A program made the position numbers and the translations under genes. A stretch of 64,000 bases of DNA from a virus. The notes under the pieces were generated by a model, which was given only the letters and a program-made list of their open reading frames with translations, had not been told where the DNA came from and ran no database searches. Of this stretch, positions 18,952-28,572 are shown piece by piece; position 1 is the first letter of the stretch, and the number at the start of each line of letters is the position of its first letter. The stretch lies in the IMG/VR virus record IMGVR_UViG_3300031758_000006; one strand, 5' to 3'.

Positions 18952-21900
18952 TTATACATCATCAAACGAAGCTCCGGTTGGTGTGATATAGAATGTTATA
19001 TCAATAAACTCAAGAGATCTTGTTGGTTTAATGTATATTTTACCAGTCATCTGATTTCTATCTAAGTCAGAAGTATCTGATGATACTGTAACTCGGAAGT
19101 CATATAAACCTCTATCTCTTCTAATTGCGTCTAAGATTGGATTTACTGAGTTTAAGAAATCTTGTCTAACTTGTTCATCGTTTTGGTCAAACAATAACCT
19201 TACAGATACCGCAGAAATCAATTTACGTGCTTGTAGTAGTAATCGTCTAACGTTAATTCTATCAAGTGCTGATTCACGTACCTGTAAAGTTTTATTACCC
19301 CATATAACTGTACCAACATCAGCGAAGGTAGCGATTGGGTTAATTCTACCCGTATATAACACGTCTCTATCTTCTTGTGTTAATTTTTTACGAGCTTTAA
19401 TTGAGTTAACAATACCTCTCGTGTAACCTGCCGCTGCGAACCATGGGAACGCTATGTTGTCAGTTAAAGCTAAGTTTCTTGTAACCTCAGCTGTAGGTGG
19501 TATGTAAATTTGTGTATTGTTTACCGTATCTCTTGTTAATACCCAAGGGTAATAAGTAGCTGTGTAATTCGAATCAAGTCCGATTAACTCAAGATTATCA
19601 ACCGCTTCCTGTGGGTATATTAATCCATCCGTTCCGGTGGTTGTTGGTAAATATAAATTATAATCTGGTGTTGTTGTGATATACAAAGAGTCCGCTCTGT
19701 CGTTCTCGATCATATCTATCGCTGACTCAACCAAATTACTATTATTTACATAATCAATACCAGGGGTAACAAATACATTAATGTTAACAGATTCTGGATT
19801 GGAGAATGTTTTAATACCTAATAGGTAAGCGTAATAATCTGTGTTAGCGAATTCAGTTGTACCATCACCAACAGAGATTTGTTTAAACGCTCCCCATCCA
19901 GATGCGTTAGGGTACCTATCACTAGGACAAGCTCCATTCAAGAATCCGGATTTACCTAAAACAAACTCATCCTTATTTGTTCTATATTCTCTATAGATAT
20001 CCCAACCATCAAAACCACCTTGTACTAATAAAGTAAATTTACGAGCGTACAGTCTATAATATGGGTTTGCGGTATCTGTTGGTTCACTACTAAACGAAGC
20101 GTCACCAACATAGAATCTAGGTGTTCCACTTGTTGAGAATCCGTTTGAGATTGTAATTCCACTAGCGTTTTTATCCATGTGGAATCCTTTACTTAAATAG
20201 GACCACTCAACACCATCAATGTCACAAGAAGAACTAGGATTTCGTTTACCTTTATATTCGTAGTAACTACTGTCATACCCAAAACTATTTGAGATACCTA
20301 GATATGTTCTTCGAATATTATCACCAGGTTCTGTGGTAGCGTCATCATTACCATTAGCAAATCCAAATGGTGGGTTAAAGAAAACTTCACCAGGGAAGAA
20401 ATATTTTGTTTTGATGATAGGGAATGGAGATCTAACACCATCGTACTGACGGAAATTATACCCATCAAAACCACAAGGTAGTGAATCATTAGGTGCGTCC
20501 TCATTAATCTCAATCATTATGTATTTTGAATTTAATTCGTACTCACCGTCAAGTGTACCAATTTTTTTAGCTACAAAACTATTTTCATTTGGATTCATTG
20601 AACAGTTTGTGAACTTTTCTAAAACCACGGGGTTTGAATCCGTATCATAGTAATCCCTAACTAAAACATCAAATGTTAAATTATTAAATGATATATTAAT
20701 AATTGATATTTTTACTTGTGTATTCGCTGCGTCACCATCAGATACTGTGTAGAATTTAAATAGATTATACACTTTAGTACCCCTCAATTCGGAAACAACC
20801 CAAGGTGAGTTAGCTGATTGATATCTATCTAAATACCACCCTATTGAATCCGAAGTTTCACTTTGAGCTGAATCTAAAGCTACTAATTCAGAATTAATAC
20901 CCCTAATGTATCCTTTTCTAAAACCAAAGTTCAATAAAGATTGGAACCTCTCCTCTAAAAATACAGGAACAACACCTTTAGGTTTACCAAAGTTGTCGGT
21001 ACCAAATACTTTAGTTACGTAGTTTGAGTCAGATATACTGAAAGATGTTTCAAATGTAAAGTTAGTTCCATTATCATTTGTTACATTGACAGCAAATGGT
21101 AAATATGGATTTTTGGTAGCTCCAGAATAAATCCCAGATACATTTAAAGTTACGTTATTAATGTTTGAAACTTCATAACCTGGGTTTTCACTAGATGTAT
21201 AATTTGATAAACCTCTAGATCTTAAAGTAGCGATAACTAAATCATCATACTCAGTATATGAAGTACCGGTATATGTGTAAATTACACCAATCAACGAACC
21301 AGTGTAACACTCAACAATTAGTGGAACTGGTGTAGCTGTTGGAACTGGGGTCGGAATAGGTGTAACACAAGGGTCTGGTGGTGGTGGGGGTGGTGGTACA
21401 GGTTGTGTAGTTGTTGTTGTCACAGGTGTAACATTTGTTAATCCAGTAATATATGAAAAGAATGAGAATCCTGAATACTCACCATTACCTGTATTATCAA
21501 ATTGTGAATAATACCAAGGGTCGTTAAACGCTGATTCCAAATCAGTATCATTTAGTGATACATCAGGAACACCATATACATTTGTTTCAGCTGTAAACAC
21601 AGGTGATAGTATATTATAATCCTCAGTATCAATTGATCCGAAGTAACTAATTGTTGTAGCTTCAGCTAATGACTGATCGACAGATCCTATAACGTCATAT
21701 ATTAAATCATTTAAATAATCGTTTATTGATGAGGTGGACCCGTTGAATTGTTCAAACTGTAGATTTAATTTTTCTAAAATTAAAGGATCAATTCCAGACA
21801 CATCAAATGTTGATTGACCAGTTGAATTTGTACAAGCTGTAAAATTGAATGTATATCCAATTTTTTCATACTCATTACAAGCTGGTAAACAATCCACGAT

Positions 21901-22287
21901 AACTGGATCGGTACAATATCTACCAATTGTGTTAGGATCAACATTAGCTTTAGTCATGATTGACCAAGATGGTCCAGCGTCATAACCAGATAAACCCAAT
22001 ACTCTAGTTACAAACAATTGATTTGATTGTTGTAAATAAGCTTTAGCTATATAAGCCGCTTCATATTTAGGGATTTGTGTGTTTATAAATTTTTCAGGTG
22101 TTGTACCCCCAAAGTAAGTCTGGAACTCATCGTAATTTCTAACGAATATTGGTTCAAAAGCTGGTCCTTTGATAGTTTCACCTACGATACCTAAAGTGGT
22201 AACACCGACACTTTGAGCTACAAAACTCAAATCGACTTCAGACGTATACACTCCAGGTGATACAAATACTTTACTGTTAGTAGCCAT
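18952..22287 (-). CDS. contractile tail sheath protein (enlarged)
   Basis: FVSPGVYTSEVDLSF N-terminus, PWFAAAGYTRG, GRINPIATF...GTVIWGNKTLQ...ALDRINVRRLL, KIYIKPTRSLEFIDITF. Confidence 0.92.
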   Translation of the reverse strand: MATNSKVFVSPGVYTSEVDLSFVAQSVGVTTLGIVGETIKGPAFEPIFVRNYDEFQTYFGGTTPEKFINTQIPKYEAAYIAKAYLQQSNQLFVTRVLGLSGYDAGPSWSIMTKANVDPNTIGRYCTDPVIVDCLPACNEYEKIGYTFNFTACTNSTGQSTFDVSGIDPLILEKLNLQFEQFNGSTSSINDYLNDLIYDVIGSVDQSLAEATTISYFGSIDTEDYNILSPVFTAETNVYGVPDVSLNDTDLESAFNDPWYYSQFDNTGNGEYSGFSFFSYITGLTNVTPVTTTTTQPVPPPPPPPDPCVTPIPTPVPTATPVPLIVECYTGSLIGVIYTYTGTSYTEYDDLVIATLRSRGLSNYTSSENPGYEVSNINNVTLNVSGIYSGATKNPYLPFAVNVTNDNGTNFTFETSFSISDSNYVTKVFGTDNFGKPKGVVPVFLEERFQSLLNFGFRKGYIRGINSELVALDSAQSETSDSIGWYLDRYQSANSPWVVSELRGTKVYNLFKFYTVSDGDAANTQVKISIINISFNNLTFDVLVRDYYDTDSNPVVLEKFTNCSMNPNENSFVAKKIGTLDGEYELNSKYIMIEINEDAPNDSLPCGFDGYNFRQYDGVRSPFPIIKTKYFFPGEVFFNPPFGFANGNDDATTEPGDNIRRTYLGISNSFGYDSSYYEYKGKRNPSSSCDIDGVEWSYLSKGFHMDKNASGITISNGFSTSGTPRFYVGDASFSSEPTDTANPYYRLYARKFTLLVQGGFDGWDIYREYRTNKDEFVLGKSGFLNGACPSDRYPNASGWGAFKQISVGDGTTEFANTDYYAYLLGIKTFSNPESVNINVFVTPGIDYVNNSNLVESAIDMIENDRADSLYITTTPDYNLYLPTTTGTDGLIYPQEAVDNLELIGLDSNYTATYYPWVLTRDTVNNTQIYIPPTAEVTRNLALTDNIAFPWFAAAGYTRGIVNSIKARKKLTQEDRDVLYTGRINPIATFADVGTVIWGNKTLQVRESALDRINVRRLLLQARKLISAVSVRLLFDQNDEQVRQDFLNSVNPILDAIRRDRGLYDFRVTVSSDTSDLDRNQMTGKIYIKPTRSLEFIDITFYITPTGASFDDV

Positions 22288-22405
22288 TTTCTATTAATTG
22301 TTTATTCTTTTATTTTAATAATAAATATTGACGTTTTTTGTAAAAACTTTACTTATCAAAAAGTATTTATATATTGGTATGATTTTTTTCTACCTTTTTT
22401 CTACC

Positions 22406-22567
22406 ATGGATAACAACAAGAAAATAAAGAACTTAAAGATATCACCAGAGGTACATTCTGTATTAAAAAAATACTGTGATAAACGAGGTATTAAAATGTA
22501 TAAGTTTTTGGAAAATTTAATAATGGAGAAGTGTAAAGATAAAAAGGATATTTACGGTGAAAATTAA
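22406..22567 (+). CDS. ribbon-helix-helix-like small DNA-binding protein
   Basis: KNLKISPEVHSVLKKYCDKRGIKMYKFLENLI resembles CopG/Arc. Likely start MDNNKK at 22406. Confidence 0.6.
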   Translation: MDNNKKIKNLKISPEVHSVLKKYCDKRGIKMYKFLENLIMEKCKDKKDIYGEN

Positions 22568-23601
22568 ATTAATTCTTCATTAAATATAATCTCAGACGGT
22601 TGTGTGTTATCTAATTTTGTAATAACAACCCTAACAAGATCCCCATTATTGATTTGAATTTCCGTAATATCGTTACCATAAAAATCATCATTTATGAATA
22701 CCTGGTAACTGTCAACATTTTTGTCACTAACATAATGTAAATTAACGACGTAATCGTAAGTCTTCTCATTAACCAAATTACCGACCGGATAAGTAAACAA
22801 GGACGTACCTGGGGTTGGGGGGATTTCTTTTCTTATTTTTTTCCTTTTAACTTTTGTATCCGTTTCATACATTTGAAATACTCGTGTTAAAGCTGGTTTC
22901 ACCTCAAACTCATCTTCATCAATTAAAAATCCAAGTAATGTGAAGTTGTATTTTTGAATATAGAATTTTCTTTTTTCCATATCCATAACCGATTCGTCTT
23001 GTATGTCGTCATTAATAATTGGAATATAATGTCCTTTAATTACTTGGTACGCTTGTCTTGACGCGAACTTCTCGATAATAATTTGATTAAATTTATTTAA
23101 CTCCCTCATTCTATTACATACAATAGCTACCGTATATTTAATATCTACCGGGACTGGTTGTGGTATTTTATAAATGTCCATCCCATGTCTTTGTCCATCC
23201 CATGTTGGAACCTGAGCGTAATAGTACATTCTTCTATTTGGTATGTTATATAGTGTAGCTGGATTGGTACCAAATTTAACTTCCGGTGTTCTTATTACCG
23301 TTATAAATGGGGGTTCAGCGTTTTTATCTATATTTTGAAAGTCCCAAGACTCGGTAAACTGAGACCAATTCTGTGTCGTTAAAAGTATATCAACCATCGG
23401 TACAACACTACCCTCAACTACACATCTTAACTCATCACGTACAAAATCTAAAAACCCCCGATCTAAATCAGCGTGTAATAAACTTTTTGGTAGGTAAGTA
23501 CCATCCATAGAAATCATGTCAGCCATTTCATGTCTTCTAGGTAATAAAGTTTTCTTATCAATAAGATCTATATTCTTCTTTATTTTTTTAGGTAATCCCA
23601 T
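22564..23601 (-). CDS. tail terminator/sheath stabiliser (gp15-like)
   Basis: QPVPVDIKYTVAI pattern and position between neck and sheath genes. Confidence 0.55.
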   Translation of the reverse strand: MGLPKKIKKNIDLIDKKTLLPRRHEMADMISMDGTYLPKSLLHADLDRGFLDFVRDELRCVVEGSVVPMVDILLTTQNWSQFTESWDFQNIDKNAEPPFITVIRTPEVKFGTNPATLYNIPNRRMYYYAQVPTWDGQRHGMDIYKIPQPVPVDIKYTVAIVCNRMRELNKFNQIIIEKFASRQAYQVIKGHYIPIINDDIQDESVMDMEKRKFYIQKYNFTLLGFLIDEDEFEVKPALTRVFQMYETDTKVKRKKIRKEIPPTPGTSLFTYPVGNLVNEKTYDYVVNLHYVSDKNVDSYQVFINDDFYGNDITEIQINNGDLVRVVITKLDNTQPSEIIFNEELI

Positions 23602-23603
23602 TT

Positions 23604-24116
23604 TTACAATCCTCTAAATTCGTTAGGTCCAACAGGTGAACCAATTATTGTTCTATAGAATGGTTTATACCCCCTATAGTTATGTTTTGTGTCGGAAACA
23701 ACACGACCATCATTTACCACTGTGTAATATCTAACAAAAGTCTCACTTTCATAGTACCCAATGTAATCCCCAAAACTAATGTCAATTTCCAAATTCTCCA
23801 ATGTTTTTTGATACACCGATACCGTAATATTCCCAGGTTCCATCTGATCCATTTTGGTTGTACCCAATGATTTATTCTCAGGAGCTGCTATACCGACGTA
23901 AGCGTTAAACTCAACCGGAGGTAGAAATTTTATCCCATCAGATACCGTCTCACCGTACACATCATCAGTTTTTGTTTTTGTTCTATCAATTCGATATAGT
24001 ATACAGGTGAAGTTCATATCACCAACTAACCACTCCTCACCCATGGAAATTTCAAGGTCATAATCACTATCACCAAAAAATTTTCCTAACCTTGTTATTG
24101 GAATTTTATTCGACAT
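23604..24116 (-). CDS. neck/head-closure protein (gp14-like)
   Basis: ILYRIDRTKTKTDDVYGE...FLPPVEF. Likely start MSNKIP at 24116. Confidence 0.6.
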   Translation of the reverse strand: MSNKIPITRLGKFFGDSDYDLEISMGEEWLVGDMNFTCILYRIDRTKTKTDDVYGETVSDGIKFLPPVEFNAYVGIAAPENKSLGTTKMDQMEPGNITVSVYQKTLENLEIDISFGDYIGYYESETFVRYYTVVNDGRVVSDTKHNYRGYKPFYRTIIGSPVGPNEFRGL

Positions 24117-24129
24117 TGTCAACTTTTTA

Positions 24130-25941
24130 TTGATAAATATTAAAATTTTTGTTATTTTTAAAATAAAAGGTATTTTGGATATCGGACAACAACTAATAGA
24201 ACACAAAGCTTTAGACTTACTCGACGTGTATTCCGGGTCGAATAATTATATATTGTTTTTAAAAAACAAAAAAGAAACAAATAAAAAATTTTACCCGACT
24301 AGAACTCAAGCTGACTACATTGTAAATTATTTTGACACCATACCAAAAGTGGCTAGAAAATGGGTTGAGTTGGATACATACTTCGCACAAAAATTTTCAG
24401 AGGAAAAATATCTATTAAAGGTACCAGAAAAGGTATACGTAGAGAAACTTCTTGTTGAGAAAGATAAATCGTACCATATATGGGCTAAATTCTTTGAGGA
24501 GGATCAACTAAGTGAGTTTTGGGTTCCAAAATCATCACTAATTAAATCACAAACCACAAAGGACGTAACTATAGATTACTCAAAGTATTCACATAGACCA
24601 CCCCTACAACATCAAAAAGAAGCGATTGAAAAACTTGTTGGGTCCAGAAGATATATTTTAGCTGACGATATGGGTCTTGGTAAAACAACATCAACCATCA
24701 TCGCAGCACTTGAAACAGGATCCAAAAAGATACTGATAGTGTGTCCAGCGTCGTTAAAAATAAATTGGCAGAGAGAGATCGAGAATTATTCAGACAGAAG
24801 TGTTTATATCTGTGAAGGTAAGAAATTTTCAACCGAACACGATTTTGTTATTGTTAACTATGACATTATAAAAAATTTCCACGATCCCAAGAATCCAAAC
24901 GAGTCGTTAATTACTCAGTCAAATTTTGATTTGGTTATTATGGATGAAGCACACATGATTTCAAATACCCAAGCACAAAGAACCAAAGTTATTAATAATT
25001 TTGTGAAAGGAATTAAGTATGTTTGGTTATTGACTGGTACACCAATGACATCCAGACCTATGAATTATTATAATTTGTTATCGATAATTGAAAGTCCGGT
25101 AGCTCAAAACTGGATGGCGTACGCCATAAGGTATTGTCAGGGATACCAATTCAGAGCTGGTAACAGGAAAGTATGGAATGTTTCGGGAGCCTCAAACCTG
25201 GAAGAATTACGTGACCGAACATCAAAACAAGTTTTACGACGATTAAAGGAGGATGTGTTGGATTTACCTGAAAAAATAATATCCCCAATTTATTTAAGAT
25301 TAAAATCAAAAGAGTATGAGGAAGTTATGGGTGAATACTATGATTGGTATGATAAAAATCCAGACGAATCTTCATCGTTAACTGTACAGTTTTCTAAATT
25401 AATGAAGGTTAGAAAAATCATCGCGAATGAAAAAGTTAACCAAACAATTGAGATTGCTGAAAACATTATTGAACAAGGTAAGAAAGTTATTATTTTCACA
25501 AACTTTACAGACACACTCCAGTTAATACACAACCACTTCAAAAAAGAATCGGTATATCTTGACGGTAGTTGTTCAAAACAACAAAGACAACACTCCGTTG
25601 ATCAGTTCCAGGAAAATGAAAAAATAAAAGTTTTTGTTGGGAATTTAAAAGCTGCTGGTGTTGGTTTAACTTTAACATCCGCTGAGGTTGTCATAATGAA
25701 CGATTTGTCATTTGTACCGGCGGAACACTCCCAAGCTGAGGACAGAGCTTACCGATACGGTCAAAAGAATAATGTCATTGTTTACTACCCCCTATTTGAC
25801 AACACAATAGAAGGTATCATATATGATATATTAAATAATAAAAAACAAGTTATTAGAACCGTAATGGGTGATGGGGAAATAGAACAAACTAGTGGTGACA
25901 TGGTTGAGGAAATTTTAAATCTAATAAACAAACGTAGATAG
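24130..25941 (+). CDS. SNF2/HARP-family helicase
   Basis: LADDMGLGKT (Walker A), DEAH, LTGTP, GVGLTL, QAEDRAYRYGQ. The true start may lie slightly downstream. Confidence 0.9.
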   Translation: MINIKIFVIFKIKGILDIGQQLIEHKALDLLDVYSGSNNYILFLKNKKETNKKFYPTRTQADYIVNYFDTIPKVARKWVELDTYFAQKFSEEKYLLKVPEKVYVEKLLVEKDKSYHIWAKFFEEDQLSEFWVPKSSLIKSQTTKDVTIDYSKYSHRPPLQHQKEAIEKLVGSRRYILADDMGLGKTTSTIIAALETGSKKILIVCPASLKINWQREIENYSDRSVYICEGKKFSTEHDFVIVNYDIIKNFHDPKNPNESLITQSNFDLVIMDEAHMISNTQAQRTKVINNFVKGIKYVWLLTGTPMTSRPMNYYNLLSIIESPVAQNWMAYAIRYCQGYQFRAGNRKVWNVSGASNLEELRDRTSKQVLRRLKEDVLDLPEKIISPIYLRLKSKEYEEVMGEYYDWYDKNPDESSSLTVQFSKLMKVRKIIANEKVNQTIEIAENIIEQGKKVIIFTNFTDTLQLIHNHFKKESVYLDGSCSKQQRQHSVDQFQENEKIKVFVGNLKAAGVGLTLTSAEVVIMNDLSFVPAEHSQAEDRAYRYGQKNNVIVYYPLFDNTIEGIIYDILNNKKQVIRTVMGDGEIEQTSGDMVEEILNLINKRR

Positions 25942-25973
25942 TCATCTTTTATTATTGGTAATATTTATCATTA

Positions 25974-27071
25974 ATGAAAGTTAATGTCAAACATATTAAA
26001 TGTGATATGTCTTCGGAAGATAGAAAATTAACCGACGACTTTATCAGATACCTACAGAAAAAAATTCCGATTAAACGTGAAATTACCATAAATTTTGTTG
26101 GTGAAAGAATTGGTAGTATGTCAACTGGTGGTCACCACCCAGAACGAGGTATAAAAGTTCTAACAAAAAATAGATTAAACCGGGACATATTAAGAACATT
26201 AGCTCATGAATGGGTTCACGAATACCAACGAGATGTTTTGAAACGTGAACGTGGTGAGGATATTGGTGGACAAAACGAAGACGAAGCTAACGCGTACGCT
26301 GGTCGACTGGTTAAAATGTTTGAAAGGGACTACCCACAATACGAAAATTTAGTTTATGAAAGTTTATATGGGGTTGAAAAAAAACTTAACCTAATCAGTG
26401 AACAATTAGTGATTCAGGAAAAAACAAATTTAAGATCTGAATTACTTATGGAAATGAAAAAAATTGGTATAGAAAGATTACCATATTCATATTCATCAAT
26501 GAGTCAATTTGTGGATCCAAAAACAATGGACATCCATTATAACAAACATTATAAAGGGTATGTTAAAAAACTTAATGACGCGTTGTCCAAAAAAAACTAC
26601 AAAGGTGATTTAGAATTGGAAAGTATTATTAGAACCATAAGTAAGTATAACGATACAATTAGGAACAACGCTGGGGGTGCGTTTAATCACGCGTTGTTCT
26701 GGAAAATGTTATCACCAAAGAAACAAGTACCAAAAGGTGAAGTTTACGAGAAAATCACAAAACAATACGGGAATATTAAAAAAATGAAAGATGAATTTGA
26801 ATCGGTAGCTAAAGATCGATTCGGATCTGGATGGGTTTGGTTGGTATTAACCAAAACAAATAGATTGAAAATTGTATCTACACCCAACCAAGATAACCCA
26901 TTAATGAATACAGTTAAAGATGGGGGGTACCCAATTTTAGGTTTAGATTTATGGGAACACGCTTATTATTTAAAATACCAAAACAAACGTGATGAATATA
27001 TTAAAAAGTTTTGGAATCACGTTAATTGGGGATTTGTTAATGAGTTATACCTTCTTAGAACAAAACAATAA
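25974..27071 (+). CDS. sodA: fusion: HExxH metallopeptidase-like domain + Mn-type superoxide dismutase
   Basis: N-terminal LAHEWVHE. C-terminal SOD ligands IHYNKH, FNHALFW, DLWEHAYY. AGG and NQD signatures favour the Mn type. Confidence 0.85.
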   Translation: MKVNVKHIKCDMSSEDRKLTDDFIRYLQKKIPIKREITINFVGERIGSMSTGGHHPERGIKVLTKNRLNRDILRTLAHEWVHEYQRDVLKRERGEDIGGQNEDEANAYAGRLVKMFERDYPQYENLVYESLYGVEKKLNLISEQLVIQEKTNLRSELLMEMKKIGIERLPYSYSSMSQFVDPKTMDIHYNKHYKGYVKKLNDALSKKNYKGDLELESIIRTISKYNDTIRNNAGGAFNHALFWKMLSPKKQVPKGEVYEKITKQYGNIKKMKDEFESVAKDRFGSGWVWLVLTKTNRLKIVSTPNQDNPLMNTVKDGGYPILGLDLWEHAYYLKYQNKRDEYIKKFWNHVNWGFVNELYLLRTKQ

Positions 27072-27095
27072 GATATTTATATAAAAACAAGTATC

Positions 27096-28223
27096 ATGGC
27101 AATAATTCAAGAACCTGAAAGAAGTAAATTGTACACCCAAATAAGACATTTACTTGGTGCTCCACAAAGAAGTGTTGAGTTGGAGGACGAACAAATGGAC
27201 ACACTGTTGGAATTCTCAATCGATGAATATTCACAATACATCCAAGACTGGTTAATTGAATCCCAATGGACAAATTTATATAATCTAAACATGGATACTC
27301 AGTCATTGTCAAGAGCGTTCACAACTAGAAGTTTAGATTATGAAACAAGATATACTTACGCTTATTCAAAAATAGTTGGTCTTCAGGCCGGTGGTGATTA
27401 CGTTTTGAAAAAAGATTACATCCAATTAGTACCTAATCAACAAATATATGAAATCCCAGCTAATAGGGAATTAAATGAGTTACTTTGGTTTACACCAGCT
27501 GAGTTAAATAACACTATGTTTGACCCTTGGTCATTTGGTGCTTTAGGTGTCGGTGGTGGACTAGGTGGTGGTGGTGGACTAGCACAGATGGGTAATATGG
27601 GTGGTAGTTACTTTATGATGCCGGTATTTGATATGTTATTACGAATGCAGGAAATTAACATTCAAAGAAGAATAATTGTTGGTGATTTAACGTATAGAGT
27701 TACAGCTTTACCTGATGGTAAAAAAGCTATTCACTTAATGAATACACCAGGTGGTAAGTTTGACTTCGGTAACTCAACACTCACTAGAGGTAAAGTTTGG
27801 TATTGGTATTATGACGTTGGTCCTGAAGATAGGGACAAATGTTTAAAATTAAATCCAGACATCATTACAATGCCATCTGACGTACCGTTTGATAGGATGA
27901 GTTGGGTTGACTTAAATAACCCATCACAGATCTGGGTTAGAAGATGGTTTATTGCTTATTGTAAAGAAACTTTAGCTAGGGTACGTGGTAAGTTTAGTGG
28001 GAATTTAAAAACTCCGGATGGTGATTTAACGATGGATTACACTTCATTAGCTACCGAAGCTAAAGATGAGAAAACAAAATTAATCGAGGAACTTATTGGA
28101 GCTGAAGGTAGATTAACCAGACTTAAACCAGAAAAGGTTATGGAACGTGAGGCTTTAATCGCTGAAAATCTAAACAAATCAATGAAGTTTAGAGCAATGC
28201 CAAGTCAAATTTATGTCATTTAA
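27096..28223 (+). CDS. neck/head-tail adaptor protein (gp13-like)
   Basis: IRHLLGAP...VELEDEQ N-terminus and W..RWF.A..KE.L..VRGKF...GDLTMDY C-terminus, typical of T4-like neck proteins. Confidence 0.7.
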   Translation: MAIIQEPERSKLYTQIRHLLGAPQRSVELEDEQMDTLLEFSIDEYSQYIQDWLIESQWTNLYNLNMDTQSLSRAFTTRSLDYETRYTYAYSKIVGLQAGGDYVLKKDYIQLVPNQQIYEIPANRELNELLWFTPAELNNTMFDPWSFGALGVGGGLGGGGGLAQMGNMGGSYFMMPVFDMLLRMQEINIQRRIIVGDLTYRVTALPDGKKAIHLMNTPGGKFDFGNSTLTRGKVWYWYYDVGPEDRDKCLKLNPDIITMPSDVPFDRMSWVDLNNPSQIWVRRWFIAYCKETLARVRGKFSGNLKTPDGDLTMDYTSLATEAKDEKTKLIEELIGAEGRLTRLKPEKVMEREALIAENLNKSMKFRAMPSQIYVI

Positions 28224-28572
28224 AATAACAAACATATCACCAAGAAAAACCGTAATGAGAGGACCACAAAGTATAAGTGTACCAGTAAATAAAAAACCGG
28301 TTAGTAAAGTAGTTGACACACCAGAATATAAAGTATCAAATGAAACTTTATTAATTGTTCGAGGTACCCAAGAATCAACAATAACTTTAAACTCGGTAGA
28401 TAATCACATGATTATCGTTAAGTCATTAACAACGGTATTGGTTAAACCTGACATTGGTAAAATTGATGAGGAGTGGGACGAACTAATGATGGAAAAAGGT
28501 TCGTGTGTACAATTATTTTTTGTCGATGGTAATTGGTACATACTATCATCAGATGGACTGAAGATAGATTAA
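28213..28572 (+). CDS. small beta-rich structural-type protein
   Basis: TITLNS...IIVKS...ID...SCVQLFFVDGNWYI resembles the C-terminal domain of ORF 48341-50449. Confidence 0.45.
   Translation: MSFKITNISPRKTVMRGPQSISVPVNKKPVSKVVDTPEYKVSNETLLIVRGTQESTITLNSVDNHMIIVKSLTTVLVKPDIGKIDEEWDELMMEKGSCVQLFFVDGNWYILSSDGLKID

Noticed and set aside
2527-22287. Bacterial extracellular contractile injection system or tailocin locus
   Set aside because: Neck/head-joining genes, phage-type SSB, PolB and helicase are interspersed, and no bacterial housekeeping genes are seen.
22328-22356. TTGACG-based promoter for the RHH gene
   Set aside because: No acceptable -10 at 16-18 nt spacing; the TATTTAT motif at about 22364 explains it better.
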